From: Nitrosopumilaceae archaeon
GTDB taxonomy: Archaea > Thermoproteota > Nitrososphaeria > Nitrososphaerales > Nitrosopumilaceae
Direction: 5' to 3'
DNA length: 64,000 bases
NCBI GenBank assembly: GCA_965200155.1
Contig: CBDATR010000034.1
Coordinates: forward strand, 64,001-128,000
The position numbers and the translations under genes were made by a program. This document shows positions 62,384-64,000 of this stretch, piece by piece. The stretch's first letter is position 1; every line of letters starts with the position of its first letter. The notes beneath the pieces were generated by a model that saw nothing but the letters and a program-made list of their open reading frames with translations, was not told where the DNA came from and did no database searches.

Positions 62384-64000
62384 TTGCTCTGGTGGATTGT
62401 CTTTGTGGCGGTACTGGCTGTACCTATGGCCTATGCCCAGGTAGTGGAGACCGCCCAGTATACGCCGGACGAGGGACTGGTTACCATAAATACCAGTTAT
62501 GATATTGATCAATTCAACGTATACATCAACTACATATCAATCCAGGACGGGAATCAACGGATAGACATTGTCGGGAGAGATCTTGTCAGCGTGTCGGAGC
62601 GCGGCCTTGTACTGGACCTGGATGACGATACCTTGGACATACTACTATCCATGGACCGGCCCACACTACACCTGGAGCCGGGGGCTTTTAACTCCAATCG
62701 CGGACCCAGCGTGGCTCAGGAGATAGTCCTGGCCAGCACCATACGATTGGGCGTGATTCCGCCTGATGATGCAACCGCTGCCGTCTTTGGGCTCTCGGCG
62801 AGTCACTTTAACGACATGCTGGTTCAGCAGGGCGCCCCCTGGCACCTTGATATCATATATGGTGACAACTCTGATACCGTTGAGTCCTTGCGATTACTCC
62901 AGCAGGAGGGAGCTATTGCCGTTATAGGAGACAGTTCCATATTGGATGCCAAGATAATAGTGGGCGGCGACACCATAGTATTGGCATGCTGCACGCAGGA
63001 TGTGGACGGTACACTATTGCCCGCATACTCTAGTATGCACTCGCTGGCACCTGATGACACCCACAGCCTATCGGCCACGCTAAATACCATGGTTCACCAA
63101 GGCATAACATTCATCATACCAGTATACCCGGACACCGTGCAGGGCAGGCTGGCATATGATTACGTGACAAATAACTCCCAGGTTAGTGTGGATACGGGAA
63201 TACGATACTCATCGACAATACTGCCTGAACACATTGTGCTTCACATGTCTGATATAGTACGAAATAACATCGATGCGTCCATCGGAATATTGCTCATGGA
63301 TGTATCTGACTCTACAGGCATACTGGCCGCGGCCGCGGCCGAACCTCATCTTGGTGCTGCGCGCTGGTATGGACTGGGAAATAATACTGACATACTGGAC
63401 AACGAGAATGCTGCATACATGGCCAATGTAGGCCACTACACCATACCAGTACACAGTGTCACCAGGGGGGCACTTAGCGCTACAATAGACGCTATATTAC
63501 ACGAGGAGTTCCCCCATGTGCCACACCATGCGTATAATGCATATGATGCCATACAGGTACTAGGATACGCCATAGCCGGAGTTGAGCAGTCCCCGTATCC
63601 CGGTTATCCAGCATCTGGCGAGGTATTGTCCCGCACGGAACTGGAACCAGCTACTCTATCCCGGAACCTCCGGTATGTGACACAGGAGTATGGTGGCGTC
63701 TCCGGATACCTGGGCATGGACGAGGCCGGAGCGCTGATGGCGCCCACACTGGACATGATGGAAGTACGGGGTCCCTGGTGGGTACGATCCGCCGTATATG
63801 GAATGCCAGCCATGGAATTTGTGGGCTGGTCCATGCTGGGCGACACTACAACACACGGGAATCTGTACAGCCCGCGACAGGGTACAGTCACAGATACCAT
63901 AAACATAGGATTGCTAGTGCAGGATGGCGACGTATCGCGTATGAGAACAATATCGCACATGGGAATCGCCAGTGTCATGCCAGAATTAGCGGATGTGGTA
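62384..64000 (+). CDS. Secreted periplasmic-binding-protein type 1 (ABC substrate-binding-like), runs off window end
   Basis: TTG start with signal peptide MLWWIVFVAVLAVPMAYAQ; TTAAATAA 25 bp upstream; AYNAYDAI, YGGVSG motifs; absent from ORF track, consistent with no stop in window. Confidence 0.7.
   Translation, partial: MLWWIVFVAVLAVPMAYAQVVETAQYTPDEGLVTINTSYDIDQFNVYINYISIQDGNQRIDIVGRDLVSVSERGLVLDLDDDTLDILLSMDRPTLHLEPGAFNSNRGPSVAQEIVLASTIRLGVIPPDDATAAVFGLSASHFNDMLVQQGAPWHLDIIYGDNSDTVESLRLLQQEGAIAVIGDSSILDAKIIVGGDTIVLACCTQDVDGTLLPAYSSMHSLAPDDTHSLSATLNTMVHQGITFIIPVYPDTVQGRLAYDYVTNNSQVSVDTGIRYSSTILPEHIVLHMSDIVRNNIDASIGILLMDVSDSTGILAAAAAEPHLGAARWYGLGNNTDILDNENAAYMANVGHYTIPVHSVTRGALSATIDAILHEEFPHVPHHAYNAYDAIQVLGYAIAGVEQSPYPGYPASGEVLSRTELEPATLSRNLRYVTQEYGGVSGYLGMDEAGALMAPTLDMMEVRGPWWVRSAVYGMPAMEFVGWSMLGDTTTHGNLYSPRQGTVTDTINIGLLVQDGDVSRMRTISHMGIASVMPELADVV

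Noticed and set aside
1-64000. tRNA, rRNA, SRP or RNase P RNA genes
   Set aside because: No convincing signature seen by eye; a covariance-model search would be needed to exclude them.

Overview
Chromosomal window from a Nitrosopumilaceae-like thaumarchaeon. The assignment is inferred from TBP, exosome rrp4/41/42, Rpo3, L18e/L13/S9, PurP, PPDK and a thaumarchaeal-type PhnD; the heavy IS load and pseudogenes suggest a host-associated lineage. Intact housekeeping blocks alternate with islands of mobile DNA: one intact IS66 (18297-19991), 24 copies of its ~92-101 bp MITE (8-bp TSDs), a second IS66-derived MITE family, a third MITE-like family, and IS5/IS481/IS630/TnpB remnants. Four signals stand out. 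(1) Three independent units have a perfect 37-bp direct duplication around a 35-38-bp unrelated insert, the geometry of Cas1-Cas2 spacer integration, but at non-CRISPR sites. (2) An 11-15-bp palindrome RGAAC..GTTCY has repeatedly replaced 4-7 bp of unrelated sequence. (3) A split Type ISP R-M system has two alternative 36-codon TRD cassettes separated by an (AGCCAGTC)5 slippage tract. (4) An ~19-bp hairpin micro-insert with a ~5-bp TSD occurs only in tnpB remnants. All calls come from reading the sequence and ORF track; no searches were run.
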